Of a stretch of DNA of 64,000 nt, positions 51,957 to 63,670 are shown piece after piece. Numbering within the stretch: the first letter of the stretch is position 1; each line of letters begins with the position of its first letter. The notes under the pieces are model-generated. The model was not told the DNA's origin, did not search any database, and worked only from the letters and a program-made list of their open reading frames with translations. Origin of the DNA: Alphaproteobacteria bacterium. Lineage in GTDB: Bacteria > Pseudomonadota > Alphaproteobacteria > SHVV01. Made by a program: the position numbers and the translations under genes. The stretch lies in NCBI GenBank assembly GCA_965261735.1, contig OZ253470.1:3488001-3552000 (forward strand), written 5' to 3'.

Positions 51957-53329
51957 CAGGCTGCTGAAAAAGTCCTCGCCTTTGCAGTTGTGACATGATT
52001 CTGTGATTCCTTCGAGTGATGGAGGATGGCATGCGGGGTCGAGATCAAAGCAGTGGCAATTTATTCAGCTACGTAGACTTGGAAGAGCGTGTTCCGGATG
52101 ATCATCCGCTGCGTCTGATCCGTGAGATCGTGAACGACGTATTGGGGTCTCTATCTTCGGAGTTCGAGACGCTTTATTCCCACATGGGTCGCCCATCGAT
52201 CCCGCCGGAGAAGCTTCTTCGAGCGTTACTGTTGCAGGCGTTTTATTCGATCCGCTCGGAGCGTCAGCTGATGGAGCAGCTAAACTTCAACATGCTGTTT
52301 TGCTGGTTTGTGGGGCTTGGGCTGGACGATGGCGTGTGGGACGCCAGCGCGTTCTGCCACAACCGGGACCGTCTTCTGGAGGCGGAGGTTTCGGGGCAGC
52401 TGCTTGCGGGGGTTATCCAGCACCACAAGGTAGGGGGACTATTGAGCCGGGATCATTTTTCGGTAGACGGAACATTGATCGAGGCCTGGGCGTCGATGAA
52501 GAGCTTTCGTCCCAAAGGTGAGGACGATGGCGACGGGGGATCGGGGCGCAACGCCGCGCGGGATTTTCATGGCGAGAAACGCTCGAACGCGACCCATGCA
52601 AGCACCACTGATCCGGACGCCCGGCTTTATCGCAAGGGTAATGGCCGGGAAAGCAAGCTGTGTTACATGGGCCATGCGCTGACGGAGAACCGCCATGGTC
52701 TGGCAGTCGGCGGCGGCGTGACCATTGCGTCGGGCACGGCGGAACGCGAAGCCGCCCTTGATCTGATCGACAGGCATCGCCCGGTGGAGAGTAGAGGCGG
52801 GCGGCGTCGGATCACGGTGGGCGGGGACAAGGGTTTTGACGTCGCGGATTTTGTCGAGGAACTGCGGCACCGCAAGGTGACCCCCCATATCGCCGTCCAG
52901 GACCACGTCACCAAGACCGGCAAGCGGCGCAAGACCAAGATAGACGGGCGCACGACGCGCCATCCCGGTTACGGCGTCAGCCAACGTTGCCGCAAGCGCA
53001 TCGAGGAGGTCTTCGGCTGGGTCAAGACGAGCGCGGGATTGAGCAAGACCAAATTCCGGGGCCGCCACCGGGTCGACGCTTCGTTCACCCTGGCCTTGGC
53101 CGCCTACAACCTCGTCCGACTACCCAGACTGCTGGCGGAGGCGCCAACATGACGGGCGATACCGGCACGCCGCTGACCGCAAAGTGGCAGATCATCGAAC
53201 TGGACGAAGCCCAGGGCATCGGATCGGTCGAGATTGAAGACGGTTTCACCCTAAGACACGAAATCTCATTTCATTTCGGCGATGAATCCGAGTTCAAGGC
53301 CCGGCAATGATGACTTTTTCAGCAGCCTG
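51957..53329 (+). mobile_element. IS5-family element (transposase 52016..53152, small passenger ORF 53149..53310)
   Basis: IRs CAGGCTGCTGAAAAAGTC / GACTTTTTCAGCAGCCTG flanked by CTAG. Motifs GRPSIPPEKLL, VDGTLIEA and RKRIEEVFGW. Confidence 0.92.
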
Positions 53330-53333
53330 CTAG

Positions 53334-54617
53334 TGCAAACCAACCTGACCCGAAGGAGAACCACGATGACCCAGGACATGATGACCCTGCGCGCGCTTTT
53401 GGAGAAGAGCTCCGATGCCGATCTGCTTTGCGAGATGATCGGCTTCACGGCCGAGCGGCTGATGGCACTGGAGGTTGAGGGCCTGACCGGCGCCGGGCAC
53501 GGCGAGCGCTCGGCGGATCGTATCACCCATCGCAACGGCTACCGCGACCGGTCCTGGGAGACGCGGGCCGGCACGGTCGAGCTGAAGATCCCGAAGCTGA
53601 GGAAGGGAAGCTACTTCCCGGGCTTCCTGGAGCCGCGGCGGATGGCCGAGAAGGCGCTGGCTGCGGTGATCCAGGAGGCCTACATCCAGGGGGTGTCGAC
53701 CCGCTCGGTCGACGATCTGGTTCAGGCGATGGGGATGTCGGGCGCCTCCAAGAGCCAGGTCTCCAGGCTGTGCGGCGAGATCGACGATAAGGTCAACGGC
53801 TTCCTCGATCGACCGCTGGAGGGCGACTGGCCCTATCTGTGGCTCGACGCCACCTACGTGAAGGTGCGCCAGACCGGACGCATCGTCTCGGTCGCGGTGA
53901 CCGTGGCTGTGGCCGTCAACGACCAAGGCCGCCGCGAGGTCCTGGGCGTGGCGATCGGCGCGTCGGAGGCCGAGACCTTCTGGACCGAGTTCCTGCGCTC
54001 GCTGGCCCGGCGCGGGCTGCGCGGCGTGAAGCTGGTGATCTCCGACGACCACAAGGGCCTGAAGGCCGCCGCGACCCGGATCCTCGGCGCCACATGGCAG
54101 CGCTGCCGCGTGCACTTCGCCCGCAACCTGCTGGCCCATGCCGGCCGCCAGGGCCGGCGCGTCGTCTCCGCCTTCGCCCAGGAGGACGCCGACAGCGCGA
54201 AGGTCCAGTGGCGCCAGGTCGCCGACCAGCTCAGGCCCAAGGTGCCCAAGCTGGCAGTTCTCATGGACGAAGCCGAGCACGACGTCCTCGCCTACATGAG
54301 CTTCCCCAGGGAGCACCGCCAGAAATTGCACTCCACAAACCCGATCGAACGGCTCCATGCCGAGGTCAAGCGTCGCACCAACGTCGTCGGTATCTTTCCC
54401 AACGAAGCCGCCATCACACGGCTCGTCGGCGCCATCCTTCTCGAGCAGAACGACGAGTGGGCCGTCTCAAGGAGATACATGACGCTGGAATCCATCGCTC
54501 CGCTGAGCGATGGTGTCCCCATCACGCTGCCCACCGTGGCAGCCTGAACGTCCCGGCCCTACACGCCGGGAGCCGCGTAGAGCGCAACGCTCTTACACCA
54601 CTCCGCGGGACACGATC
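53334..54617 (+). mobile_element. IS256-family element, third type (transposase 53366..54547), left end missing
   Basis: [21 protein letters not shown] and STNPIERL; right end TTACACCACTCCGCGGGACACGAT. Confidence 0.88.
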
Positions 54618-54702
54618 TGGTGAAGAAACTTTTTCCTGATCCCCCCACAGAACAGCTGGATAGGCTACAGAGCGAAGCACCATCGGCAACTGTTCTTTTG
54701 AA

Positions 54703-56165
54703 CCGGGATTTCCCATGTGGCACCCTTCAGCCAAGTTGAGAGTGGCTCGAAATCGCTCAAAGGGCAAGTCCGATGGGTTGTGCCACCAAGATCATGCCCG
54801 ACAACAGGAAATTGAGAGTGAATGGGACATGGTGGCATTCGATATTGCCGGTCGGGCCGTGTCTCGGACACACCGGTCCTGTCGTCTTCAGGCATGAGGG
54901 ACGATCCTGTCGTCATGTTGGGAGGGGCGTCGTTCTGAGCCGATCGATTCGGCGGAGGATGTCGGCGAACAGGTCACGAGGGATAGCGACCTCGGCCATC
55001 TGGAAGACGATGTAGCGACCGTGGCGGACGATCTTCGCGCCGATCTTGACGAGCTTTTCGCGCAGCGTGGTCAGTGACCACTGCTCCACTGCATCGGGCA
55101 ACACGAGTGTCCGCATGAAGTTGCCGAGATTGTAGGCGAGCGCGTGGAGTTGGAGCCGGACGGCGTTGTGACGGAACTTGCGGCACGACAGGCGTGTCCA
55201 CCTGATGGCGTTTTTGCCTTCCTTGATCCATTGCTCGGCCGTGCCGCGCTGATTGTAGAATGCGACGACCCGCTCGGTGGGTCGGCTCAGGTTGGTTACA
55301 ATGAACCCGACGCGCGGGTACAACTCACCAGGATGCCACTCGACCTTGGCGACGACGCGGCGGGGTTTGTCCCAGGTCCGCGGCCTGATAGCTGAAGCCG
55401 GCATGATACCGGCGAACATCATTGGGCGGCCTGCCGACGGGGCGTTTCAGCAGATGGGCGATGCTGCCTTGCAGCACCTTGTTTGCGGGGAGCCGGATGG
55501 CGTAGCTGAAGTCCTCGGCTTCGAGAAACTCGTAGACTTCGGGTGAGGCGAAGGCGGCGTCGCCACGGAAGTAACGCCGGAGTGTCCTGTTGCGGTAACG
55601 AGCGACCACCGGTTCCAACACATCGCGCCACTCGTGGGCGCTGTGCACGTTGCCGGGACGAAGGCCGCACCGCTCCAGATCGCCGAACTGATTGAACACG
55701 AAAAGCGGGTGATAGCAGGTGCAGCCGAAATCGCCGTTATAGGCCGTACCTTCCTGATCACCATGGGTCGGGCTGACGGAGCTGTCCATGTCGAGCACGA
55801 TCATTCTCGGCAGCTTCCGCGCATGAACCCGATCGATCCAAACACCCGACAAGTCCGCGAGGGCGGCGAGGTTCTCGTCGTTCGCTAACAGCTCGGTCTC
55901 GAAGCGCCCCATCTGGCTGGTCGATGCGCCGCCGCGTTCGACCGCCTGGCCGCCGACGATCCACCGCATCGCGGGATCGCGCCCGAGACGGTCGGCGTCG
56001 TTCACATCCTCGTATCCGGCGAGGCGTCCATAGACAGACTGGCGAAGCAGACCGACGACGCCATGCCAGCCGTTCTTGCCCGTCCGGCTGTCGGCCAGGA
56101 CATCGCCCGAACATAGAATCAGCGTTCAAAGGGTCCAACGCCGAAGTTCACCTGGGAAATGCGGG
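54703..56165 (-). mobile_element. IS1380-family element, frameshifted and 5'-deleted; another right end lies at 60188..60260
   Basis: LDMDSS, RGDAAF and RGTAEQWIKEGK in two frames. The end CCGGGATTTCCCATGTGG is repeated at 60188. Confidence 0.85.
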
Positions 56166-56220
56166 TTTAATGCATCAGGTCACGGTCCTGTCGGGTGTGG
56201 GTCTGGTATGGAAAATCCAA

Positions 56221-57614
56221 GGCTGTGTCTCGAAAGTGGTGGAAATTTGAGGATGGCGTAATCTCCGGGTGACAAGACAACCACCCAATCGGCGGCTAGC
56301 ACCGCCAAGGAGATCACGCCATGAAGAACACTACCGAGACTTCCGCGCTTTCGCTACTGGCCAATGACGCCGGCTATGATCCGCTCGAGGACCGGCTGCG
56401 GGAGAACATCAGATCCACGATCGAGGCCGTTTTTGAGGAGGAACTTGCGCAGTTTCTCGGGCGCTGCCGATACGGTCGAGAGGACGCGCTTCGGCAAGGG
56501 TATCGGAACGGGCACCGGGAGCGGCAACTGACGGGGACATTCGGGACCGAGAGGGTGAGCGTGCCGCGTGCGCGGATCGTTGAGGAAGACGGTCGGGCGT
56601 CGGAATGGCGTTCGCGGGCGCTGCCGCGCTACCAGCGGCTGACCAGAAAGGCCGAGGCGCTGATCGCTTCGGTGTATCTGTCCGGAACCAACACGCGGCG
56701 GGTGAAACGCGCGCTGTTCGGGCTCTTCCGGGGTGCTGTGAGCAAGGACGTTGTGAGCCGGGCGTGGCGCAAGGTGAAGGTCGATTGGGACGCCTGGTGC
56801 AGCCGTGGCCTCGCGGATGAGGATATCGTTCGGCTGATCCTTGACGGCACTGTGATCAAGACCCGACTGGACCGCAAGGCCACCAACATCTCGGTTCTCG
56901 CGGCTATAGGGGTGCGCCGGGATGGCCAGAAGGTCTTGCTTTCGATCGGGAATATGGGCGGAGAAAGCCAGGCGGCGTGGCGCCAGTTCCTCGACGACCT
57001 TGATGCGCGTGGACTGAAACGGCCCGGGTTTGTCATCGTCGATGGCGCGCCGGGACTGGAGGCGGCTCTGTCGGCGCTTTGGGGCGATGACCTTCCCGTT
57101 CAACGCTGCACCGTGCACAAGCACCGCAACCTTCTGGGTCATGCTCCCAAACACATGCATGACGAGCTGAGCGAAGATTACCGCGATATGATCTATGCTG
57201 ACACTGCCTCCGAGGTGGAAACCCGCCGCAAGGCGTTTGTCCGCAAGTGGCGGCTGAAATGCAGGGCCGTCGCGGACAGCCTCGCAGAAGCGGGCGACAA
57301 GCTCTTTACCTTCACGCGCCTGTCCAAGAGCCAATGGAAATCAGCCCGAACGACCAACGCCATTGAGCGTCTCAACGAGGAGTTCAAGCGCCGGATCAAA
57401 ACACAGACCGTGCTGCCGTGTCCCGAAACAGTGCCGATGCTCCTCTGGGCACTCCTCGCTTCCGGCCAAATCCAGATGCGCAAAGTCGATGGATGGGAAA
57501 CCCTCGATCAGCTAATCGCCGACGAAACCCTTGACCGCGCAGCCTGACCGCCGCAAAACTCAACCCGCTCGGAGAGGCGCCAAAACCAATTTCCACCACT
57601 TTCGAGACACAACC
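56221..57614 (+). mobile_element. IS256-family element, copy B (transposase 56321..57547)
   Basis: Nearly identical to 33543..34936; 8-bp TSD AAATCCAA. Confidence 0.95.
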
Positions 57615-57807
57615 AAATCCAAGTCATTGATTTAGTGCGGTTTTTGTGTCGAGACGAACGGCCGAAAACGGCTATTCGTGACAATGGGCCGCTCCAAGGC
57701 AGGATTTTGTCACGACGGCAGGGTCGAGCAGGGGAAGGTGGGAACGCTCCGCACCGCCAGAAGCGGTACGATGCCGTGTCTCGAAACCCAACATCGGGGA
57801 CATTCCC

Positions 57808-59199
57808 ATGGCAGTATCCCCGCCTCCGGCGCCTTCGTCCATCGATCTTTCCGGCCTGCCTCCTCGGGTCGTCGAGGCGGCCGCCCGGGTGCTCGCACTG
57901 TGTCGCGAGGAGCTTCGTTCCGAGCCGCGCCCCGAGGTGCCCGAGGAGGTCGAGTTGCGGGTGCGTGAGGCCACGAACGAGTTCGCTCGCGATGTCATGG
58001 GCGCCGTCATCGAGAACCGGGACGATGGCGCTTCCCGGATCGAGCGGGACGGGCAGAGCTGGTTCCGGGTCGCGGTGACGCCGAAGACGATCATGACCTC
58101 GCTCGGTCCGGTGACCTACCGGCGAGCGCGTTACCGCAGCGGCGCGAGCGGGGCATCGCCGGTGCCGGTCGACGAGAGCCTGGGCTTCGTCGACGATTAC
58201 CTGACGCGGCCGGCGGCCGAGCTCGGTCTGCTGATGATGGGTCGCTGCACGGCCCGGGAAGCGGCGGCGTTCTTTGCGAAGACCGGCGCCATGACGCCGT
58301 CGGTGAGCACCCTGCAGCGCCTGACCCTGAGCATGCACGAATGCTGGGAGAGCCTCGGCCCGGAGACGCTGGGCAGCATCCGTGAGGCCGAGGGCATACC
58401 GCAGGACGCGACCACCGCCTCGGTCTCCCTCGACGGCGTCATGGTGCCGCTGAGACCCGGCGAGGACGGTCGCGCCAAGGCCTCCTGGCGCGAGGCCGCC
58501 TGCGGCACGGTCTCCTTCCACGACGCCGAGGGCAAGCGCCTGAAGACCCTCTATCTCGGCCCCATGCCGGAGAGCGGCAAGCTCACGCTGAAGGCGCAGC
58601 TTGCAAGCGAAGTCGCACACATCAGGCGAGCACGCCCCGAGATCGGGATCGTCGCTATCGCCGATGGCGCCGCCGACAACTGGACCTTCCTGGAGACCCT
58701 GTCGCCCGAAACCGAGGTGATCGACTTCTGGCATGCTTGCGAACATCTGCAAACCGCGTCCGACCATGCCGTGGCGCCCGGCTGGTTCGAGAAGTACCGC
58801 GAGATCCTCCGTCACGATCCCCGTGGCGTCGCCAAGGTGATCCGGGCGCTGCGCCACCTTCGCGATGCCGCCGCTGCGCCGGACCGGGCCGAGACCGAGC
58901 GGGAACTCGCCTTCTTCCGCAAGCATCGCCATCGCATGCGCTACCACGCCCTGAAGGAAGAGGGCATCGCCATCGGCTCAGGCGTGGTCGAGGCTGCCAA
59001 CAAGACCCTGGTGACACAGCGCATGAAGCGCTCCGGCATGCGCTGGCGGATCGTCGGCGGACAGGCTGTTCTGACCTTCCGCGCCCTGATCAAATCCGGC
59101 CGCTTCGAGCGCGCATGGAAGGCCCTGATCAGCGCAACCGACACACCGGCCAACGACAACATCAGTCCACGTGCAGCAGCCATGGCAATCGCTGCCTGA
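57808..59199 (+). CDS. ISKra4/ISLre2-like transposase; the probable left end at 56193 is separated from it by the IS256
   Basis: VSLDGVMV, ADGAADNW, DFWHACEHL and IGSGVVEAANK..QRMKRSGMRW. Confidence 0.82.
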   Translation: MAVSPPPAPSSIDLSGLPPRVVEAAARVLALCREELRSEPRPEVPEEVELRVREATNEFARDVMGAVIENRDDGASRIERDGQSWFRVAVTPKTIMTSLGPVTYRRARYRSGASGASPVPVDESLGFVDDYLTRPAAELGLLMMGRCTAREAAAFFAKTGAMTPSVSTLQRLTLSMHECWESLGPETLGSIREAEGIPQDATTASVSLDGVMVPLRPGEDGRAKASWREAACGTVSFHDAEGKRLKTLYLGPMPESGKLTLKAQLASEVAHIRRARPEIGIVAIADGAADNWTFLETLSPETEVIDFWHACEHLQTASDHAVAPGWFEKYREILRHDPRGVAKVIRALRHLRDAAAAPDRAETERELAFFRKHRHRMRYHALKEEGIAIGSGVVEAANKTLVTQRMKRSGMRWRIVGGQAVLTFRALIKSGRFERAWKALISATDTPANDNISPRAAAMAIAA

Positions 59200-59213
59200 A
59201 CTCAACGAACCAA

Positions 59214-59300
59214 GCTTCGCGTTCCGCCGTGCCCGACGCAATGCTCACGCCGCCGCCGACTGCCAGACCATGGCGGTTCTCCGTCAGCGCATGGCCCATG
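59214..59300 (-). pseudogene. Internal fragment of an IS5 transposase related to 52016..53152
   Basis: MGHALTENRHGLAVGGGVSIASGTAEREA. Confidence 0.7.
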
Positions 59301-59365
59301 TCAGCGCCGACGGCAGCATCAGTTCCCGCTCAACCGCGTCCGTGACATAGCGGCCGAAATCCACA

Positions 59366-59869
59366 CTATCTTTGCCAAGTGCAGTCCGCGATCATGACGA
59401 CCCAATTGTCCGCCAGGTAGTCCACGTCGTAGGTGCAGCTTCCGCTCACCCCTTCGTAGGCGCCGGTCCCGCCCAGAATTTCCATGGTGCCCGGGCCGCC
59501 ACTGCCCGCCTCGACGCCGCCTTCGCGCCTTTTCGAGAGCGTGTACCAGCGGTCGCCCGACGGGGCGGTCGTCTCGCAGGGCACCTCCAGGTCGAAGCCC
59601 GCCTTTGCGCGCTTGATGTAGACCACGCAGGTCGCGCGGTCGTGCGTTCCTTCGACGAACGGCCCGCCGCTGCTCTCAAGGATGGTGACCGCTCCCTCCA
59701 GGGTACCGCCGGTGACGCGCGCGTCGGCATGGTCGATGGTGGTGTAGTCCTGAACATAGGTTCGGATGAGGCGGACGCTGCCGCTCTCCTCGGCCATGGC
59801 GGTGTTCGCGGCGCACAGAATTCCAGCTCCGGCGGCCAGCGCCGCGGCGATTTTGCTTACTGAAAACAT
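59366..59869 (-). CDS. Secreted beta-barrel-like hypothetical protein
   Basis: Signal peptide (…ANTAMA-EE), ILGGTGAYEG motif as in dirigent/allene-oxide-cyclase-like barrels, four Cys in the mature part. Confidence 0.65.
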   Translation of the reverse strand: MFSVSKIAAALAAGAGILCAANTAMAEESGSVRLIRTYVQDYTTIDHADARVTGGTLEGAVTILESSGGPFVEGTHDRATCVVYIKRAKAGFDLEVPCETTAPSGDRWYTLSKRREGGVEAGSGGPGTMEILGGTGAYEGVSGSCTYDVDYLADNWVVMIADCTWQR

Positions 59870-60260
59870 GTCGTCCCTTTCGAGAACCTCATCCACTTGA
59901 GTTACACCCGGTCACGTCCATCAAGTCCTTCCACGACCCGGCCGCCGCGATGCTCGCCAAACTCTGTACAGACGCCCGGAGGCGCGAACTACCCACGGGG
60001 CGTCTTGGCCATACCCTGGTCGAGATCACCGAACCGGGCCGGACAGTTGGACAGTTACACTTCGCCGCATCCAAGCCGCACACAAACACCCGCTACGGCG
60101 TGCCCAGCTTCCTGTAAAGGTACGGAAACAGGCCCATGTGCTCAAAGACCCTTCCGCAATTCCAACAGCCCAGAGGAGACGCCCAATCCGGGATTTCCCA
60201 TGTGGCACCCTTCAGCCAAGTTGAGCGTGGCTCGAAATCGCTCAAAGGGCAAGTCCGATC

Positions 60261-61352
60261 CTTGCCTATCCGGTTAACGCCCATGACCGCTACATGTAGG
60301 GTGCCGCCACTCTCCCGAGTAAAGCTCGGCATAGGTTGGAGCAGAGGTGTCGCCCGCGATGCCGAGCAATGAGCGGAAGGCGTTGAACGGGTAGAACCGC
60401 CTGTTGAAGCGGAAGGTGAACTCGTTGAGGTAGGCTTGTAGGTGCTGGTGGCTAACGCCGTGGTGGATACCGATCAGCCACGTCTTCAGGTTGGCGAAAA
60501 CCAGATGGATGATCGGCAGGTATTGCTCGGCAACCTCTGGATCACCACACTCGGCAACAGCGAAGTGCTCATAGCCGCGCTTACCGAGGCCAGCATAGCC
60601 GCTCCAATCGTCAGTAACGATCAGCGATCGCGGCGCGACGGTGCTCTCGACGAACCCACAGAGCGACTCGGCGCTACGGTCGAGCACGACGGCGAGCCGA
60701 ACGCGTCCGGCATAGCGTCCGTCTTTCCGGTTGTCGAGCTTGGTGCCCGGCTTTCGATGACGCACCTCGATGGCACAGGAGACGGGAACCTTGTGGTGAA
60801 CACCACGGCCTTCCCCACGCGTTCGCCCGCCAACCCAGGTTTCGTCCACCTCAACATGGTTCTTGGGCTGTCCACCGATCCTGTCTTGGTTGGGCCGCAC
60901 CATGCCCGAGCGGAGCTTGTGGAGAATTTGAAAGGCCGTCTCGTAGCGCGAAAGACCAAGTTGCCGCTGAAACTGCACGGCGGACATGCCGGGCGTCTGA
61001 CTGGCGACCAGATAAGCGGCCCAGAACCAGACGTTCAGCAGAGTGTGGCTACGCTCCATCACTGTTCCCACCGTCAGCCCGGTGTTCTGGCGGCACTTGC
61101 GGCAGCGCAGGACGCCAGGGCGGTTTTCAAAGTGGAACGGCTCTCCCGCCGTGCCGCAGTGCGGGCAGGCAAAGCCGTCTCCCCAGCGGGCTTTCTCCAG
61201 GTAGGCGGCGCAGGCCGCATCATCGGGGAAAAGTCGCTGGAACTCGGGTAGCGAATGCGGGAATGGGAGATCGGCGCGGTCGAGAACATCCATGGCGCGC
61301 TCCCCTATATCCGGGTTGCGCCCATTCTAGCCCTAGTGGGTGTGGGTGTAAC
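60261..61352 (-). mobile_element. IS1595 copy 3 (intact transposase 60274..61293; outer left IR lost)
   Basis: Near-identical to copy 1. The IR breaks at about 61352 against a recombinase fragment. Confidence 0.92.
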
Positions 61353-61920
61353 CCGGCGCAAGGAACAGCCGCGAGTGGCAGCAGCTGGTCGAGATGTGCC
61401 GCGTGATCGACACGGTGCTGATCGACCAGGACACGGTGTACGCGCCGCGCCAGAGCAACGACCGTCTCCTACTCGGGCTGAAAGGCAGCCTGAACGAGTA
61501 CGAACTCGACCTGCTGCGCCAGCGCTCGCTCTCGGCCCGCTACGAGAAGGCGCGGTGCGGCGAGCTCGTTGTCGGCGCGCCGGTCGGCTTCGTTGGGGCG
61601 GGCGACCGGCTGGAGAAGGATCCGGATCGGCGGGTTCAGGAGGCGATCCGGCTGGGCTTCGACAAGGTCGAGGAGCTCGGCAGCGCGCGGCAGGCGCTGC
61701 TGTGGTCCCACGAGCACGATCTGCAGTTGCCGGTGAGGCAAAGAAACGGCGACATCGTGTGGCGCAGGCCGAGCTACGCCACCCCCCATCAGATGATCGT
61801 CAACCCGGCCTATGGCGGCACCTATGCCTATGGCAAGACGACGGTCGAGGCGGGCTATGATGACGCACGGGCGAGGGCGAGAATACGGCGCAAGCCGCGC
61901 GCCGAGTGGCTGGCGCGATG
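61353..61920 (+). pseudogene. Large serine recombinase internal fragment
   Basis: [33 protein letters not shown] and [12 protein letters not shown]. Confidence 0.78.
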
Positions 61921-62019
61921 TGGGGGCGGGCGGTGGCGTCCTGACGGCGTTCGTGGCGTGAGGCGCCGCGAGATCAGCGCAGACGCCGCCAGATCTGGGT
62001 CTTGCCGAAGATCGACAGG

Positions 62020-62551
62020 CCGTACTGTGGCGCCGTCTTCGCGCAAAGGGGTTCGGGGGAAGCCTGCGCATCGCCGGCGAGTGGGCGACACGACAGCGGC
62101 GCGCGGAAGCGTCTGCCTACGCCGCGCCGGGCAGATGCCCGTCGGCGCGCAGGATTGCCCGCATGATGACGACGGCGCGCGATCATCTCTCGAGGTCCGA
62201 CGCTGTCACCGTGGCCCGGATCGAAGCCGCCGTTCCAGATCTTGCCGCAGCCTGCGCCTTGACCGGGCGCTTCGCCAACATGGTCAGAAACGGCGAACAC
62301 GACAATCCCGAAGAATGGCTGAGCGAGGCCGGAGGCAGCCTTCTCGCATCCCTCGCCCGTGGTCTGAACGCCGACAAGCATGCCGTTCTGGCTGCCCTTC
62401 GCGAGCCGTGGTCCAACGGGCAAACAGAAGGCCAGATCAACAAGCTGAAGGCCCTCAAGCGCCAGATGTATGGACGCGCCAACCTCGACCTGCTGCGAGC
62501 ACGCCTCGTCGCCGCTGCATGACGAAACGTCATCGAAAGTGAGTCAAACCC
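62020..62551 (+). mobile_element. ISL3-family 3' remnant
   Basis: [34 protein letters not shown], with right IR CATCGAAAGTGAGTCAAACCC. Confidence 0.8.
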
Positions 62552-62558
62552 GAAAATT

Positions 62559-62742
62559 GGGTCTGACTCAATCTCGATGATGGTGGCTTCGGACAGCAAC
62601 GAGGAGGCGGGTTCTGAGCACATCCAGATCGGCACATCACAAAAATCTGACGCTGGAAGGCCTCCAGATTGCCGATCTGGCCTCCGTTCGCCGGCATCTG
62701 GCGTCCATAAGCCACTGACAGCATCGAGATCGCGACAGACCC
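62559..62742. mobile_element. About 180-bp ISL3-like MITE, copy 2, followed by the right end of the 90-bp MITE (62743..62763)
   Basis: Clear similarity to 45051..45232, followed by AAATTTCCGCGCCGAATAACA. Confidence 0.75.
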
Positions 62743-62840
62743 AAATTTCCGCGCCGAATAACAACCTGATGGAGAAATGCCGAAACCATCCTACAATCAG
62801 TTAACTTGACAAAGCCACTGTTAGTGTGACGGGCACCGGT

Positions 62841-63344
62841 TTACGGCCTGTAGACTCCCGCGCCGAAGATATGGCCGTCATGCGCCACGATCCAACTTGA
62901 CTTCTGCTCGATCTCCCCGCTGACCGGGTTCTTCCACTTGTAGTCGACCCAAGCCCCCTCCGCCGAGGCCATCAAACCTATCTCCTCGCCGAACTCCTTG
63001 CCGTCGGCATCGACGAAGCTCGCCAGGGCAACTCCCAGAAGCGAGGAGTCGACGCCGTGGGCGACGACGGTTCCTTCGGGTCCGATAACGAAGATGTAGA
63101 GATCGCGGTCCAGGAACTCCGGAGCCGGGTCGGCGTTGAACCTCGCCACCGCCGCCTCGGCCCCCATCTCGTCGTAGTAGGCGATCGCGCGCGCAACCAT
63201 GTCCTGAGCCTCTTCGGCCGAGCCGCGGTTGTCGCCTGCTGCGGCGGGCGCCGCGAGCGCCAGGACCAGCACGGCAACAAGGGCGGCGACTCCCGACGAA
63301 AAAAGAGTTGGATGATTTGTGTCTGTATTGAACTGTTCGCCCAT
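62841..63344 (-). CDS. Stand-alone periplasmic single Cache (sCache_2-like) domain protein
   Basis: Signal peptide, AEEAQDMVARAIAY, DLYIFV and WVDYKWKNP..GEIEQKSSW. Confidence 0.85.
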   Translation of the reverse strand: MGEQFNTDTNHPTLFSSGVAALVAVLVLALAAPAAAGDNRGSAEEAQDMVARAIAYYDEMGAEAAVARFNADPAPEFLDRDLYIFVIGPEGTVVAHGVDSSLLGVALASFVDADGKEFGEEIGLMASAEGAWVDYKWKNPVSGEIEQKSSWIVAHDGHIFGAGVYRP

Positions 63345-63426
63345 GATGAACCCTCTGAAATAACGGAAAGGATTGTGCATCGGCAGAGGCTAAGGGAGCT
63401 TCCTTCCCGGCTCAAGCCGATTTGCT

Positions 63427-63591
63427 TTGACACTGCCGTCTGTCGCGACCGTCGCGGACCGGCTGGAAGTCAGCGCCAAGATCATCCGGCGATGGATCGA
63501 GAGCAGAGAACTGAGGACTCACCGTCTTGGGCGTTGCGTGCGAATCAGCGAAGGCGATCACCAGAACTTCATCGACCGGCACCGGCAATAG
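63427..63591 (+). pseudogene. Excisionase-like HTH (HTH_17) protein, possibly degraded
   Basis: Manual translation: SVATVADRLEVSAKIIRRWIESRELRTHRLGRCVRISEGD. Confidence 0.6.
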
Positions 63592-63670
63592 GGCCGGACG
63601 AGAATAGGCATCTGTACTTGAATATTCCAAGTAATGACGTAGTCAGACTGGAAATCGTGGTATTTCGAAT

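Noticed and set aside
61394-62542. 382-aa recombinase gene
   Set aside because: A chance fusion of a serine recombinase fragment with an out-of-frame ISL3 remnant.
19841-62763. 90-bp repeats as a CRISPR array or integron attC sites
   Set aside because: Copies are kilobases apart with no spacer periodicity and no cas genes. The GTT...AAC termini are in the opposite order to attC (AAC...GTT), and no integron integrase is present.
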